This document shows positions 44,677-55,255 of a DNA stretch of 64,000 bases, in pieces. Origin of the DNA: an uncultured Alphaproteobacteria bacterium. GTDB lineage: Bacteria > Pseudomonadota > Alphaproteobacteria > Rhizobiales > Beijerinckiaceae. Every line of letters begins with the position of its first letter. The stretch's first letter is position 1. The position numbers were made by a program, and so were the translations under genes. The stretch is from positions 6,901-70,900 of the forward strand of contig CAWIHF010000029.1 of assembly GCA_963835885.1 (NCBI GenBank), in the 5' to 3' direction. Under the pieces are notes generated by a model. The model was not told the origin of the DNA, ran no database searches, and saw only the letters and a program-made list of their open reading frames with translations.

Positions 44677-45861
44677 ATGAACGCCTTCGTCCTGCCTTAC
44701 GCTCCCTCAGAAAGAGAGGGGTTCCTCCCCGAGCGGCTCGAGCGGCTGACCGCTGCCATGCAGCGCCAGATCGATGAAAAGAAAGCGCCCGGCGCCTCCA
44801 TGCTGATCGCCCGCCACGGCAAGCTCGTCTATCGGCAATGCCTGGGCGCGCTACGTCCCGGCGGTCCGCCGATGAACGAAGACGCGATATTCCGGATCTA
44901 TTCGATGACCAAGCCGATCGTTTCCGTGGCGGCGATGATGCTCGTCGAGGAAGGGCGGCTGTCGATCATCGATCCCGTGTCGGCCTACATTCCTGCCTTC
45001 GCCGACGTCAAGGTCGGCGTCCCGGACGGCGACCGTCTCGAACTCACGCCCCCGAGGCGGCCCGTCACCGTCCAGGACCTGATGCGCCACACGTCGGGAT
45101 TGACCTACGGATTCACCGGCGGCTCTCCAGTCCAGAAACTGACCAAGGCCGCAGACCTCCGGAACCCCAATCGGACAATCGCGCAGACCGTCGAGAAGAT
45201 CGCCGCCCTGCCGCTCATGCATCAGCCAGGCGAGGCGTGGGAGTACAGCCTGTCGACCGACGTGCTCGGACGCATCGTCGAGATCGTCGAGGGCGCCCGT
45301 CTGAGCGACGTCTTGCGCGAACGCATTTTCGAACCGCTCGGCATGAACGACACTGCCTTCTTCACCCCGGAATCGAAACTCGTACGACGCGCCGATCCCT
45401 TCTCGTTCGACTTCATGACCACGGCGGGGGTCGACAGCTGTAACGCGACCCAGCCGCCAAAGTTCGAGTCCGGCGGCGGCGGCCTGTTGTCGACGCTCGC
45501 CGACTACACCCGCTTCACCGCGATGCTCAGCGCCGGCGGCGCACTCGAGGGCGTGCGCCTTCTCAGCCCCCGGACGCTCGCCTTCATGGCGAGCGACCAT
45601 CTTGCCGCAAACGCGCGCCGCGACCACTACCTGCTGTGGCCCGGACACGGCTTCGGGCTCGGCTTCGCGGTGCGCAACGACTCCGGCAAGGCGCCGACGG
45701 CGGGAAGCGTCGGCGAGTTCTTTTGGGGCGGCATGATGGGAACCGCCTTCTGGGTGTCGCCGCGGGATTCGCTGTTCGCCATTCTCATGATTCAGACGCC
45801 GGAATACCGCGAGTATTTCCGCGTACTGTTCCGCAATCTCGTCAGCGCTGCAATCGCCTGA
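44677..45861 (+). CDS. Serine hydrolase (class C beta-lactamase-like esterase)
   Basis: SxxK motif YSMTK, plus HTSGL, WEYS and WGG. Confidence 0.92.
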   Translation: MNAFVLPYAPSEREGFLPERLERLTAAMQRQIDEKKAPGASMLIARHGKLVYRQCLGALRPGGPPMNEDAIFRIYSMTKPIVSVAAMMLVEEGRLSIIDPVSAYIPAFADVKVGVPDGDRLELTPPRRPVTVQDLMRHTSGLTYGFTGGSPVQKLTKAADLRNPNRTIAQTVEKIAALPLMHQPGEAWEYSLSTDVLGRIVEIVEGARLSDVLRERIFEPLGMNDTAFFTPESKLVRRADPFSFDFMTTAGVDSCNATQPPKFESGGGGLLSTLADYTRFTAMLSAGGALEGVRLLSPRTLAFMASDHLAANARRDHYLLWPGHGFGLGFAVRNDSGKAPTAGSVGEFFWGGMMGTAFWVSPRDSLFAILMIQTPEYREYFRVLFRNLVSAAIA

Positions 45862-45875
45862 GGCGACGAAGCGTC

Positions 45876-46313
45876 TCACCAGACGCCGGTGTTCGGCATC
45901 GACGCCCACGGTTCCGCCGCGGGCAGCGATCCGCCCTTCTGGATGAGCTCGATCGAGATCGCGTCCGGCGTGCGAATGAAGGCCATGTGGCCGTCGCGCG
46001 GCGGCCGGTTGATCGTCACGCCGGCGTCCTTCAGCTTGGCGCAGGTCGCGTAGATGTCGTCGACCCGGTAGGCGAGATGCCCGAAGTTGCGTCCGCCCGA
46101 ATAGACCTCCGGGTCCCAGTTGTAGGTGAGCTCGACGAGCGGCGCCTGGTCCTTGCGCGCCCGTTCGGCGTCGCCGGGAGCGGCGAGAAACACCAGCGTA
46201 TAGCGGCCCTTCTCGTTCTCGAGCCGCCGGGTTTCGACGAAGCCGAGCAGCTCGAAAAACGCGATCGTGGCCTTAAGGTCCGTCACGCGGATCATCGTGT
46301 GCAGATATTCCAT
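45876..46313 (-). CDS. gloA: Lactoylglutathione lyase (glyoxalase I)
   Basis: Motifs [21 protein letters not shown] and [10 protein letters not shown]. Confidence 0.92.
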   Translation of the reverse strand: MEYLHTMIRVTDLKATIAFFELLGFVETRRLENEKGRYTLVFLAAPGDAERARKDQAPLVELTYNWDPEVYSGGRNFGHLAYRVDDIYATCAKLKDAGVTINRPPRDGHMAFIRTPDAISIELIQKGGSLPAAEPWASMPNTGVW

Positions 46314-46474
46314 GGTGTTCCCTCGTCCGGTTTGCTCTTGCTCAGTCTATCATAGCGGCTCCGGCTCGAATGGGGCAGCCCGAGTTTCACTTTCGCGGAC
46401 CGGAGCGACCAAACCGTCAGTTTCGGGGGCCGGCGATTCTCGATAGACCGGCGTGACACCCAAGGGGGCCTCCT

Positions 46475-47419
46475 GTGCGCACAGCCTATTGCTTCACGCC
46501 GGATCGTGCGTTCTTTCCGCCGGCGTTGCGCGCTATCGCCTCGCTGATCGACGCCGAGCCCGATTGGAGCCACGAGATCTTCCTCGTCTGCGAGCCGGAC
46601 GACGTGACGCCGGGCTTCGACAGGCTGCCCCGCCCCTTGCGCGAGCGCATCAAGCTGCTGACCCTCGACTTTACGCGCTTCGACGCGGGTCTTTCCGGCA
46701 AGGGACGGTTTTCGCGCGCGGTCTTCCGCCGCCTCTACCTCGATGAAATCCTGCCCGCGCATGTCGAGCGGATCGTCAGCGTCGATTCGGACATGCTGAT
46801 CGTGCGGCCCGGGCTCTCGCGCCTGGCCGACTTCGACCTCGGCGGGCGGCCGCTCGCCGCGGCCTACGACATGATTTTTCTGATGGACTTCAGAAGGGAC
46901 AGGCTGGCGCAGCAGTTCCAGCGGTCCCGGCGCGCGCTCGGGCTCGCACACGACACGCCCTACTTCAACGCCGGCCTGATGGCGATCGACCGCGCCGCAT
47001 GGCGCGTAGAGAAGCTGACCGAGCGCGTGACGACGGCGCTCAAGGACGAGCCGAAGCGCTTTGCCTTCATGGAGCAGGATGCGCTGAACGCAACCTTGCG
47101 CGGCCGTTTCGCGCCGCTGTCGCCGCGCTTTAATTTCATGGGGGATTTCTTCCTGCTCGACCTCGAGCGGACGATCGAGCCGATCGTGCTGCATTTCGTC
47201 AATGCGCCGAAGCCGTGGGAGCTCGCCGCCTGGCGAGGCGAAGCTCGCTTCGCCGAGAATTACCGCGACTGGTTCGCCGCCTCGCCCTGGTCCGATTGGG
47301 TGGCGACGCCGGCGGCGCCGGCATGGCGGCGGACCCGGCCGCCGCTAACCAGACGCAGGCAAGACTTCTCCAGGCGCCTGTCTCTATTTCTGGAGCAGAC
47401 GCCATTTATTGACAAATAG
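46475..47419 (+). CDS. Glycosyltransferase family 8
   Basis: Motifs RRLYLDEIL, DSD, YFNAG, EQDALN and LHFVNAPKPW. Confidence 0.9.
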   Translation: MRTAYCFTPDRAFFPPALRAIASLIDAEPDWSHEIFLVCEPDDVTPGFDRLPRPLRERIKLLTLDFTRFDAGLSGKGRFSRAVFRRLYLDEILPAHVERIVSVDSDMLIVRPGLSRLADFDLGGRPLAAAYDMIFLMDFRRDRLAQQFQRSRRALGLAHDTPYFNAGLMAIDRAAWRVEKLTERVTTALKDEPKRFAFMEQDALNATLRGRFAPLSPRFNFMGDFFLLDLERTIEPIVLHFVNAPKPWELAAWRGEARFAENYRDWFAASPWSDWVATPAAPAWRRTRPPLTRRRQDFSRRLSLFLEQTPFIDK

Positions 47420-47548
47420 TTGACTTAAAAAAGTATTGCTTCAAATAATTATGATCATGCTTAAGTCCTGATTAAGTCTTCTTCGCCAGGATGACTTTCG
47501 GCGCCACGCTCTTTAAAGCGCACCGGCGCGCCATTCTGGGGCGAACCA

Positions 47549-48490
47549 ATGAGACTTGTCCTATCCGCCGCTTTCGTGGGCCTGACCCTGGCGCCGGCCA
47601 GCGCGGCCGACCTGTTCGGGGCCGCGCCGCCCATGACGATCCCCGCCGCGCAGGCGCCAACCGCGGTCGAGATCGGCTCGAACTGGTACCTCCGCGGCGA
47701 CGTCGGGGTCAGCTTCAGCACGACGCCCTCGGTCACGCTGGCGGCAATTCCTTCGGCGCCGCCGGCCTATCTGGCCTCGACTCCCCCGTCGGGGGGAAAC
47801 GGCGCGGGCTTTACGGGCGACCTCGGCTTCGGCTACCGATTTAACGATTTCCTGCGGATGGACGCGACCTGGGATTATTGGACGAGCCCGGCCCGCACGC
47901 GCTCGTTCGCCGTCGTTTGCCCCTACGGCCTCCAAGGCGTCATGAATGCGACGACCGGCTTCCCGGCTGGATACCTCTACGATACGACCAACACCTGCGG
48001 CGGGACGGCGAGCCTCAGCCAGCACAACAACACGTTCCTGGCGAACGGATATGTCGACCTCGGCACGTATGCCGGGTTCACCCCCTACGTGGGCGCCGGG
48101 GCCGGCCTCAACATGAGCTCCATGCAGGGAAGCTCCAGCTTTGCCGAAACCGCCAACGGCTTCGGCTATGCGGCCAATCTCACGAATCTCGGCGGCTTTC
48201 CTTCGGTGTGGGTCAACTCGGCCGGACAGCCGATCGCCCCGCCGCCGAACATCCCGTTCGCGGCGCAGAACTGGAACCGTACGATCAACTCCACCACCTA
48301 CCGCTTCGCCTGGTCGCTCGGGGCCGGCTTCGGCTTTCAGCTCAACCCGAGCGCCACACTGGACGTCGGCTACCGCTACATCAACGGCGGCGAATCCAGT
48401 ATGCTGATCAATCCGCAAACCGGTCTCACGGCGAAGCAGCGCAACGTTTCGCAGCAGATCCTCGTCGGCATCCGCTATGTCCTGCAGTGA
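47549..48490 (+). CDS. Outer-membrane beta-barrel (porin/opacity-like) protein
   Basis: Signal ending ASAAD, WYLRGDVG, ANGYVDLGT...TPYVGAGAG, LDVGYRY and terminal VGIRY. Confidence 0.88.
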   Translation: MRLVLSAAFVGLTLAPASAADLFGAAPPMTIPAAQAPTAVEIGSNWYLRGDVGVSFSTTPSVTLAAIPSAPPAYLASTPPSGGNGAGFTGDLGFGYRFNDFLRMDATWDYWTSPARTRSFAVVCPYGLQGVMNATTGFPAGYLYDTTNTCGGTASLSQHNNTFLANGYVDLGTYAGFTPYVGAGAGLNMSSMQGSSSFAETANGFGYAANLTNLGGFPSVWVNSAGQPIAPPPNIPFAAQNWNRTINSTTYRFAWSLGAGFGFQLNPSATLDVGYRYINGGESSMLINPQTGLTAKQRNVSQQILVGIRYVLQ

Positions 48491-48576
48491 TTGAACACGC
48501 GCGTCCGCCCGCTTGACGCGCGTGAGGATTTCGGCGTCCATCGGCTCATCTTCAGCCGCCAGGACGCCCGAGCCTC

Positions 48577-51500
48577 ATGTTCAGCACCCTGATGACCTCG
48601 CGGCGCTTCGCGCCGCTGTTCTGGTGCCAGTTCTTCTCAGCGTTCAACGACAATTTCGTCCGCAACATGCTGGCGATGCTGATCCTGTTCCGCTTCGGAG
48701 GCGGCGACAGCAGCACGAAAATCCTGATCGCCTCGATGGTGTTCGTCCTGCCGGCGATCCCACTTTCCGCGCTCGGCGGCGAGATCGCCGATTCGCACGA
48801 CAAGGCTCTCATCGCCCGGAGGCTCAAGCTCGCCGAGATCGGCGTCCAGATGGTCGCCGCGGCGGGCTTCGTCGTCTCCTCGCTGGCCCTCCTCTATGTC
48901 GCGCTGTTCGGCCTCGGCTGCATCGCGGCGCTGTTCGGGCCGATCAAATACGGCATCCTGCCCGACCATCTGCGGCGCGAGGAGCTTGTCTCGGCCAACG
49001 CGCTGGTCGAGGGGGCGACCTTCGCGGCGATCATCTGCGGTCTCATCGTCGGCGGATTCGCGGCGGCTGAGGGCCGCTCGGCCGCCAGCGTCGTGGCGCA
49101 GATGATGGTCGTCGCGCTCGCCTGCTACGGCGCGGCGCGCTTCATCCCGCCGACCGGCGTCGGCGCGCCTGGCCTCAAGGTCCACAAGAACGTTATCGCC
49201 TCGACCTGGCGAATCATAAACGAGGTGCGCGCCGACGACCGCCAGTGGGTGGCGGCGCTCGCGACAAGCTGGTTCTGGACGGTCGGCATCGTCACGCTCT
49301 CCCTCGTGCCGGTCATCATCAAGTCGCGCATCGGCGGCGGCCTCGACGTCGAAATCGCGATCAACCTCGTCTTCGCGGTCGGCGTCGCCGTCGGCTCGCT
49401 CGGCGCGGCGGTGCTGTCGCGCGGACGCATCGAGCTCGCGCCCGCACCGTTCCTGCTCCTCGTCATGGCGGCGCTGGCGATCGACCTCGGGCTTGCGACC
49501 AATGCGATGGCGCCGGCAAGCAGCGAGGTTCCGCTCGGCGAATTCTTCACGAGCCCTTTCGGCCTGCGCGTCGCCTTCGAGCTCTTGCTCTATTCCGCGG
49601 CGGCGGGGCTGTTCGTCGTGCCGATCTTCGCCGCGATCCAGGCCTGGGCAGGCGAGGAGCGACGCGCGCGGGTGGTCGGCGCGGTCAACGCGCTGAACTA
49701 CCTGATGATGGTCGCCGGCTCGCTGGCGGCCATGCTGCTATTGCAGGTTCTCGACCTGACCGAATCGATGGCGCTCGTCGTCCTCGGCGTCGCCAACATC
49801 ATCGCGGCGATCTATCTTTTCCACCGTCTGCCGGCGAACTTCCTCGCCTTCTTCCTTCGCCTGCTGTGGCGCGCGCTGTTCCGCCTCGAGGTGAAGGGGA
49901 TCGAGCATCTGCCGAGGGCAGGCGAGCGCGCGGTCGTCGCCGTCAATCACGTCTCCTTTCTCGACGCGCCGATCCTGTTCTCGCTCATGGAGGAGCCGCC
50001 CCTGTTCGCGATCGATCATGGCGTCGCGCAACGCGGGTGGCTCAAATTTTTTTTGAGGCTCGCCGGCGTAAGCCCGGCCGACCCGTCCCGCCCGCTGACG
50101 GCGCGGGGGCTCGTCAAGCAGGCGCGCGCCGGACGCGCTCTGGCGGTCTTTCCCCAGGGAAGCGTCGCCCTCACGGGCACGGTCATGCGCGACTACGAGT
50201 GCGCCGGATTGATGATCGCAAAGAGCGGCGCGCCGGTGACGCCGGTGCGCCTCGTCGGGCCGGAGCGCACGTTCCTTTCGCGCCTCGACCCGGAGCACGT
50301 CGGACGGCGGCTGTTTCCCAAGGTGACGGTGACCATCCTGCCGCCGCGGCGTCTCCGGACGCCTGCCGGTCCGCGCGGCCGCGCGCTTCGCAGAGCCGCC
50401 GGCGCCGCGCTTTGCGCGACGATGTCCGACCTCGTTTTCGAGACGACCGACATTCGTCGGACGCTGCATGTGGCGTTCGAGGACGAGGCCAGGAAGCGCC
50501 GCCTGTCGCGCGTGGCGGTCGAAGATTCGCTCGAGCGGACCCTTGACCTTGCGCATGTTCCGCATCGGGGTCGGCGTGCTCGCCCGCAAGGTCGCCGAAA
50601 TCTCCGCGCCCGGCGAGGTCGTCGGCCTCATGCTGCCCAACGCCAACGGCTCGGCGGTGACCTTCATGGCGCTGCAGGCGGCGGGGCGCGTCCCGGCGAT
50701 GCTGAACTTCACCGCTGGCGCGAACAATCTCGTCGCCGCCTGTCAGACTGCGCGGATCGCGCTTGTCCTGACCTCCCGCGCGTTCGTCGAAAGGGCCGAG
50801 CTCGGCGAGGTGGTCGAGGCGCTGTCGGCGGTCGTGCGCCTCGTCTGGCTCGAGGATGTGCGCGAGAGCGCAACGAGGGCGGACAAGCTCCGCGCCGCGC
50901 TGACGGCCGGCCGCGCCTTCGCCAGCCGCCAACCCGACGATCCGGCGGTCGTGTTGTTCACCTCCGGCACCGAGGGCGCGCCGAAAGGCGTCGTCCTGTC
51001 GCACGCCAACCTGCTCGCCAACATCGCGCAGATCAACGCGCTGTTCGACCTCAGACTGACCGACGCCTTCTTCAACCCGCTGCCGATCTTCCATGCCTTC
51101 GGCCTGAGCGCCGGGACGCTGCTCGGGCTCATGACCTCGATGAGGGTCTATCTCTACCCGACGCCCCTGCACTATCGCCAGATTCCGGAGCTGATCGACA
51201 AGGTCGGCGCCACGGTGCTAATCGGCACCGACACGTTTCTTGCGGCTTACGCGCGCAACGCCGACGCCTACGCCTTCCGTACGCTGCGCTACGTCATTTC
51301 CGGCGCCGAGCCGCTCAAGCCCGACACCCGCCGGGTCTATATGGAGAAATTCGGCCTGCGCCTGCTCGAGGGCTACGGCGTGACCGAGGCCTCGCCGGTG
51401 CTCGCGGTCAACACGGCGGCGTTCAACCGGAACGGAACGGTCGGAAAGCTTTTGCCCTTCATCGAGCCGCGCCTCGAGCCTGTGCCCGGCATCGACGAGG

Positions 51501-51967
51501 GCGGACGTCTGATCGTGCGCGGACCCAATGTGATGATCGGCTATTTTCGCGCCGACAACCCTGGCGAGCTCGAGCCGCCGCCCGGCGGCTGGCACGACAC
51601 CGGCGACATCGTGGCGATCGACAAGGACGGCTTCGTCTGGATCAAGGGCCGCGCCAAGCGCTTCGCCAAAATCGCCGGCGAGCTCGTGTCGCTCGGCGCC
51701 CTCGAGGACCTCGTCTCGGGCCTTTGGCCGGACGACCTGGTCGCGGCCATCTCCGCCCCCGACCCGAAGCGCGGCGAACGGGTGATCCTCGCCACCACCC
51801 GCGTCGGCGCGACCCGGATCGAAGTCCAGACCTGGTTGAAGATCAAGGGCGCTTCCGCGATCATGGTGCCGGACTCGGTCGCGGTGCTCGACGCGATCCC
51901 GCTGCTCGGTTCTGGCAAGACGGACTTCATGGCGCTCGCGCGGGTGCTGCGGGAAAGGGGCGCGTGA
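48577..51967 (+). CDS. aas: Acyl-ACP--phospholipid O-acyltransferase (MFS/LplT + acyltransferase + acyl-ACP synthetase); frameshift at about 50533
   Basis: QFFSAFNDN MFS region, NHVSFLD, then FTSGTEGAPKGV, EGYGVTE, HDTGD and GSGKTD in a second frame. Confidence 0.92.
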
Positions 51968-52223
51968 GGCCTCCGGGCGGCGGCGCGCGAGGCGCTGCAG
52001 TTTTGTCCGCGCGCGGCCGATTTCAAAGTGTTAGGCGCCAAGATCTGTCCCGTTTGCGCACATTTATCGAGTTCAAGATGTGGAATCGCAAGGCGTGGAT
52101 AAAAATTATATTTTCCATATGTTTAAAGCGCTTAGGGAGAGTTCTCGAAGCCGTTCGCCGAAGCCCGGTCGCGCCTACCAGATTCACACAAGTCATCGAA
52201 TTCCGCGCGGTCGGCGAGTTACC

Positions 52224-52692
52224 CCTTGTCCGCGAAGCGGGGGTGGCCCAAAGGGCCGGATGGGGTGTGGCGAGCGGGTATGGTTCGATGCAGGTTCGGG
52301 CTGCCGTTCGTGCAATCCGACTCGCGCTCGAGGAAGCGGGCCATACCCCATCCGGGCTGCGCGCCACCCCCGGGTTGTTGCCCGGGGGCAGGCTCTTCCC
52401 CAGCACAGCTCCGGGATGCACAGATCTGCGCAGCCCACCAGCGCCGCGAGAGCGGAAGTCGTTTTCGCTCGAAAATCAGGCGGTTGTGCGCCCTCTTCTC
52501 CACGAAGTGGGGAAGGTGTCGCCGAAGGCGACGGATGGGGTGTGGAAAGCAGGAATGCGAAAACGAAGGTTCACGGCGCCGTTTGTGCAATGGTGCGTGC
52601 GTCGAAGCGGCGGGCCACACCCCATCCGGCGCTCCGCGCCACCTCCGGGTCTTTGCCCGGGGGCAGGCTCTTCCCCAGCAAGCTGGAGAAGG
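52224..52692. repeat. Two tandem REP/RIME-like inverted-repeat doublets, each with a nested 27-bp hairpin insertion
   Basis: GGATGGGGTGTGG...CCA(T/C)ACCCCATCC arms in both copies with similar spacers; insertions ending GCCCGGGGGCAGGCTC at 52369-52395 and 52644-52670. Confidence 0.85.
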
Positions 52693-52748
52693 ATATCGCG
52701 CGGCATTCGAGATGTGCGAATATCGAAGACCGGGAGGGGAACACGGCC

Positions 52749-53642
52749 ATGCTGAGGCAAGCCTGGAACGCCTATCGCGGTTGGGCGAAGCTGGCGCGCG
52801 ACCTGCAGAGCGCGACCCATCGGTGGAACATCGCGGCGCTGCTGCTCATCGCCGCCGCCGCCGGCTTCGGCGCGCTGGCCACGGCTGTGGCGGATCCGTG
52901 GAGCGCCCGGGTTTCGCTGGCCGCCATGGTCGCTTCGGCGGTCGGCGCGTTTCTCGGGCGGCAGTTCGTCGGCTCGGGCGACGAGGCCGGCTGGATCCAG
53001 GCGCGAGCCGCTGCCGAAGGCCTCAAGTCCGAATGTTTCCGCTACGCGGCGCGGGCCGGCGCCTACGCTCTCCCCGACGCGGACGCCGCCAAAGCGCTCG
53101 TCGCGCGGACCGCCGAGATCGCCAGGCAAGCAACCAGCAAAGGCCTCGTGCGCGCGGACGATCCGGTTCCCCCATCGGGCGACAAGCGCGAGCCGCCCGT
53201 CCCGATGACCAAGGACTGGTATCTGGCCGGCCGGATCCAGGACCAGATCGCCTACTACCGGGACGCCCGCGCAAAAAACCGGAAGGCGGCCGACCGGCTC
53301 TGGTGGATCGCCTTCGCCGCCGGCCTCGCGGCGATCGCCTTCGGCGCGCTCGGCGCCTGGGCGCAACGGTTCGCCCCATGGATCGGCGCGATGACGACGG
53401 TCGCGGCGTCGATCGCCGCCTACGGGCTCATCGACCGTCGCAAGTATCTGATCGCGAGCTACGCCGAGATGCAATCGAGGCTCGAGGAGATGGTCGGGCT
53501 CGACAAGGAGGCGCCGATCAACCTCGCCGATCTCGTCATCGCGACGGAAGACCTGCTCGACAGCGAGCATAAGGCGTGGCTGCCGCAAATGCTCGCCATG
53601 CAGCATCAGCCGCAGCAGGGCCCGCAGCGGACGCAAGCCTGA
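52749..53642 (+). CDS. Tandem SLATT/DUF4231-type 4-TM membrane protein
   Basis: Two TMs followed by WIQARAAAEGLKSECFRY, then YLAGRIQDQIAYY, two more TMs and EDLLDSEHKAW; GGGAGG RBS. Confidence 0.8.
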   Translation: MLRQAWNAYRGWAKLARDLQSATHRWNIAALLLIAAAAGFGALATAVADPWSARVSLAAMVASAVGAFLGRQFVGSGDEAGWIQARAAAEGLKSECFRYAARAGAYALPDADAAKALVARTAEIARQATSKGLVRADDPVPPSGDKREPPVPMTKDWYLAGRIQDQIAYYRDARAKNRKAADRLWWIAFAAGLAAIAFGALGAWAQRFAPWIGAMTTVAASIAAYGLIDRRKYLIASYAEMQSRLEEMVGLDKEAPINLADLVIATEDLLDSEHKAWLPQMLAMQHQPQQGPQRTQA

Positions 53643-53716
53643 CCGGCGCCGGGAGTCGGAATTCACTCGACTCCGCTTTGCGCGGTTGGGGGGAGAATGA
53701 GCGACGAAGCTGCCGC

Positions 53717-54203
53717 TATCCTCCCCCGCAACGCGGGGGAGGGGGACCACGCGAAGCGTGGTGGAGGGGGAAGGGATTCTGACCATGAGGGCGCCGCCAG
53801 AAACTGTCGCCAACGCCCGTCATTTAAGCGGCAGTCTGTCCGCACCGGAAGTCATGCTGTGGAGCCGGCTGCGCACGCGGGCTGTGGGAATGCCGGTCTT
53901 CCGCCGTCAGCATCCAATCGGGCCCTACGTGCTCGACTTCTATTGTGCGAAGGCGCGGCTCGCAATCGAGATCGACGGAATGAGCCACGACCTTGAGGAT
54001 CGGCTGCGGCGTGACGAGCGGCGGAACGCGTGGCTTGGGACGCAGGGCGTAACAGTCCACAGGATCGCCGCCAAAGAAATCACAAGCCGTCTCGACGAAG
54101 TCGCCGATGGACTCACGCGGTTGGCGCTGGCGATGATCGAGGCGAAAGCCCCCTCCACCGCGCTCACGCGCGGTCCCCCTCCCCCGCTTCGCAGGGGAGG
54201 ATA
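53717..54203. mobile_element. REP-flanked DUF559 cassette (inverted ~54-bp repeats at 53717-53770 and 54149-54203)
   Basis: Left arm TATCCTCCCCCGCAACGCGGGGGAGGGGGACCACGCGAAGCGTGGTGGAGGGGG is the near reverse complement of the right arm; mobility is inferred. Confidence 0.65.
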
Positions 54204-54204
54204 A
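53785..54204 (+). CDS. DUF559 (Vsr-like/restriction-fold) endonuclease-domain protein
   Basis: Motifs PEVMLWSRLR, FRRQHPIGPYVLDFYC, LAIEIDG.SH and RDERRNAWL. Confidence 0.93.
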   Translation: MRAPPETVANARHLSGSLSAPEVMLWSRLRTRAVGMPVFRRQHPIGPYVLDFYCAKARLAIEIDGMSHDLEDRLRRDERRNAWLGTQGVTVHRIAAKEITSRLDEVADGLTRLALAMIEAKAPSTALTRGPPPPLRRGG

Positions 54205-54226
54205 TCGCAGACAGGAGGAACCATCC

Positions 54227-55231
54227 ATGCCGATCACCGACCAGGACGCCGTCGACTATGGGTTTCTCGTCGCCTTCGCCGAGGGCATGGTTGTCCAGGG
54301 CTCGATCACGCCGCACGACGAGCCGAGGATCGCCGCTGCGGGGTGGGACGTCGTCGGCCATTTCCTCGCGTTCGATTCCGTGCTGCCCGATCCGTCCTCC
54401 CTGGCCGCCGGCGTCCCGAACACCATGCAGTTCGGGCAGATCGTCTTCTACGGATTTTTGGCCCGCAACCACGCGGACCCGACCCGCTACGCCGCCGCTA
54501 TCCGCGGGACAAGCGGCTTCGCCGAATGGGTGATCGACGCCGACTTCCTTCCGCTCGCGCTTCCCGCGCCCGCCGGAGCGACGGTCGAAAAGGGCTTTTG
54601 GAGCATCTACGCCAGCATGACTCTGGTCGGCCTCGATGGCGCTCAAATTGGCGCGGGGGCGGCGGACGGGATCGCGAGCGTCGTCGGCGAGGCGACGGTG
54701 ACGGTCTGCGGGCACAGCCTCGGCGCGGCGCTCGCGACCTATCTCAGCTTCGACGTCGCCAAGCTCATGGGCGCCCGGGCGAGCGCTTGCCTGTTCGCTT
54801 CGCCGAGCACCGGCGACCTCGCCTGGACGGCCGCCTACGCCGCCGCGGTCACGGACTACCGGCTGACGAATTACCTGCTTGACATCGTGCCCTACGTGCC
54901 GTTCGACGCCCCGCCGGCGTTTCAATATTCGACGCTGCCCGGCGCCAAAATCCTCCTGCCGTCGACGGCGCAGGCGGACGTCAAGTTCGACATCCGCTGC
55001 AACCACAATCTCATCTGCTATTGCGCGATGCTCGACTGGGCCGACACCAAAAGGCGGGCCAGCGCCCAGGACATCGAAGCGTGGCGCTGCATCCTCGGTC
55101 CGCCGGCCTTCGGCCTCAACCGCGAGCTGACGCTTGCGCTGGAAAAGCCGGTGATCGCGCTCGGCGGGGCGTTGGAGCAGATCGTCGACCTCATCGACGT
55201 GACGGCGCGCGCCAAGGGCGGGCACGTGTGA
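54227..55231 (+). CDS. Class 3 lipase family protein
   Basis: AIRGT...EWVID, VEKGFWSIY, GHSLG, FASP..GD, DIVPYVP and NH; AGGAGG RBS; no signal peptide. Confidence 0.9.
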   Translation: MPITDQDAVDYGFLVAFAEGMVVQGSITPHDEPRIAAAGWDVVGHFLAFDSVLPDPSSLAAGVPNTMQFGQIVFYGFLARNHADPTRYAAAIRGTSGFAEWVIDADFLPLALPAPAGATVEKGFWSIYASMTLVGLDGAQIGAGAADGIASVVGEATVTVCGHSLGAALATYLSFDVAKLMGARASACLFASPSTGDLAWTAAYAAAVTDYRLTNYLLDIVPYVPFDAPPAFQYSTLPGAKILLPSTAQADVKFDIRCNHNLICYCAMLDWADTKRRASAQDIEAWRCILGPPAFGLNRELTLALEKPVIALGGALEQIVDLIDVTARAKGGHV

Positions 55232-55255
55232 GACTCTGGGTTCGGCGCCGGCCGT

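Noticed and set aside
44677-45861. Beta-lactam resistance gene
   Set aside because: No signal peptide; fits the widespread cytoplasmic esterase-type serine hydrolases.
48577-52755. 1392-aa ORF as a novel giant fusion
   Set aside because: It is aas running out of frame after about 50533; the true C-terminus is in the 50468-51967 frame.
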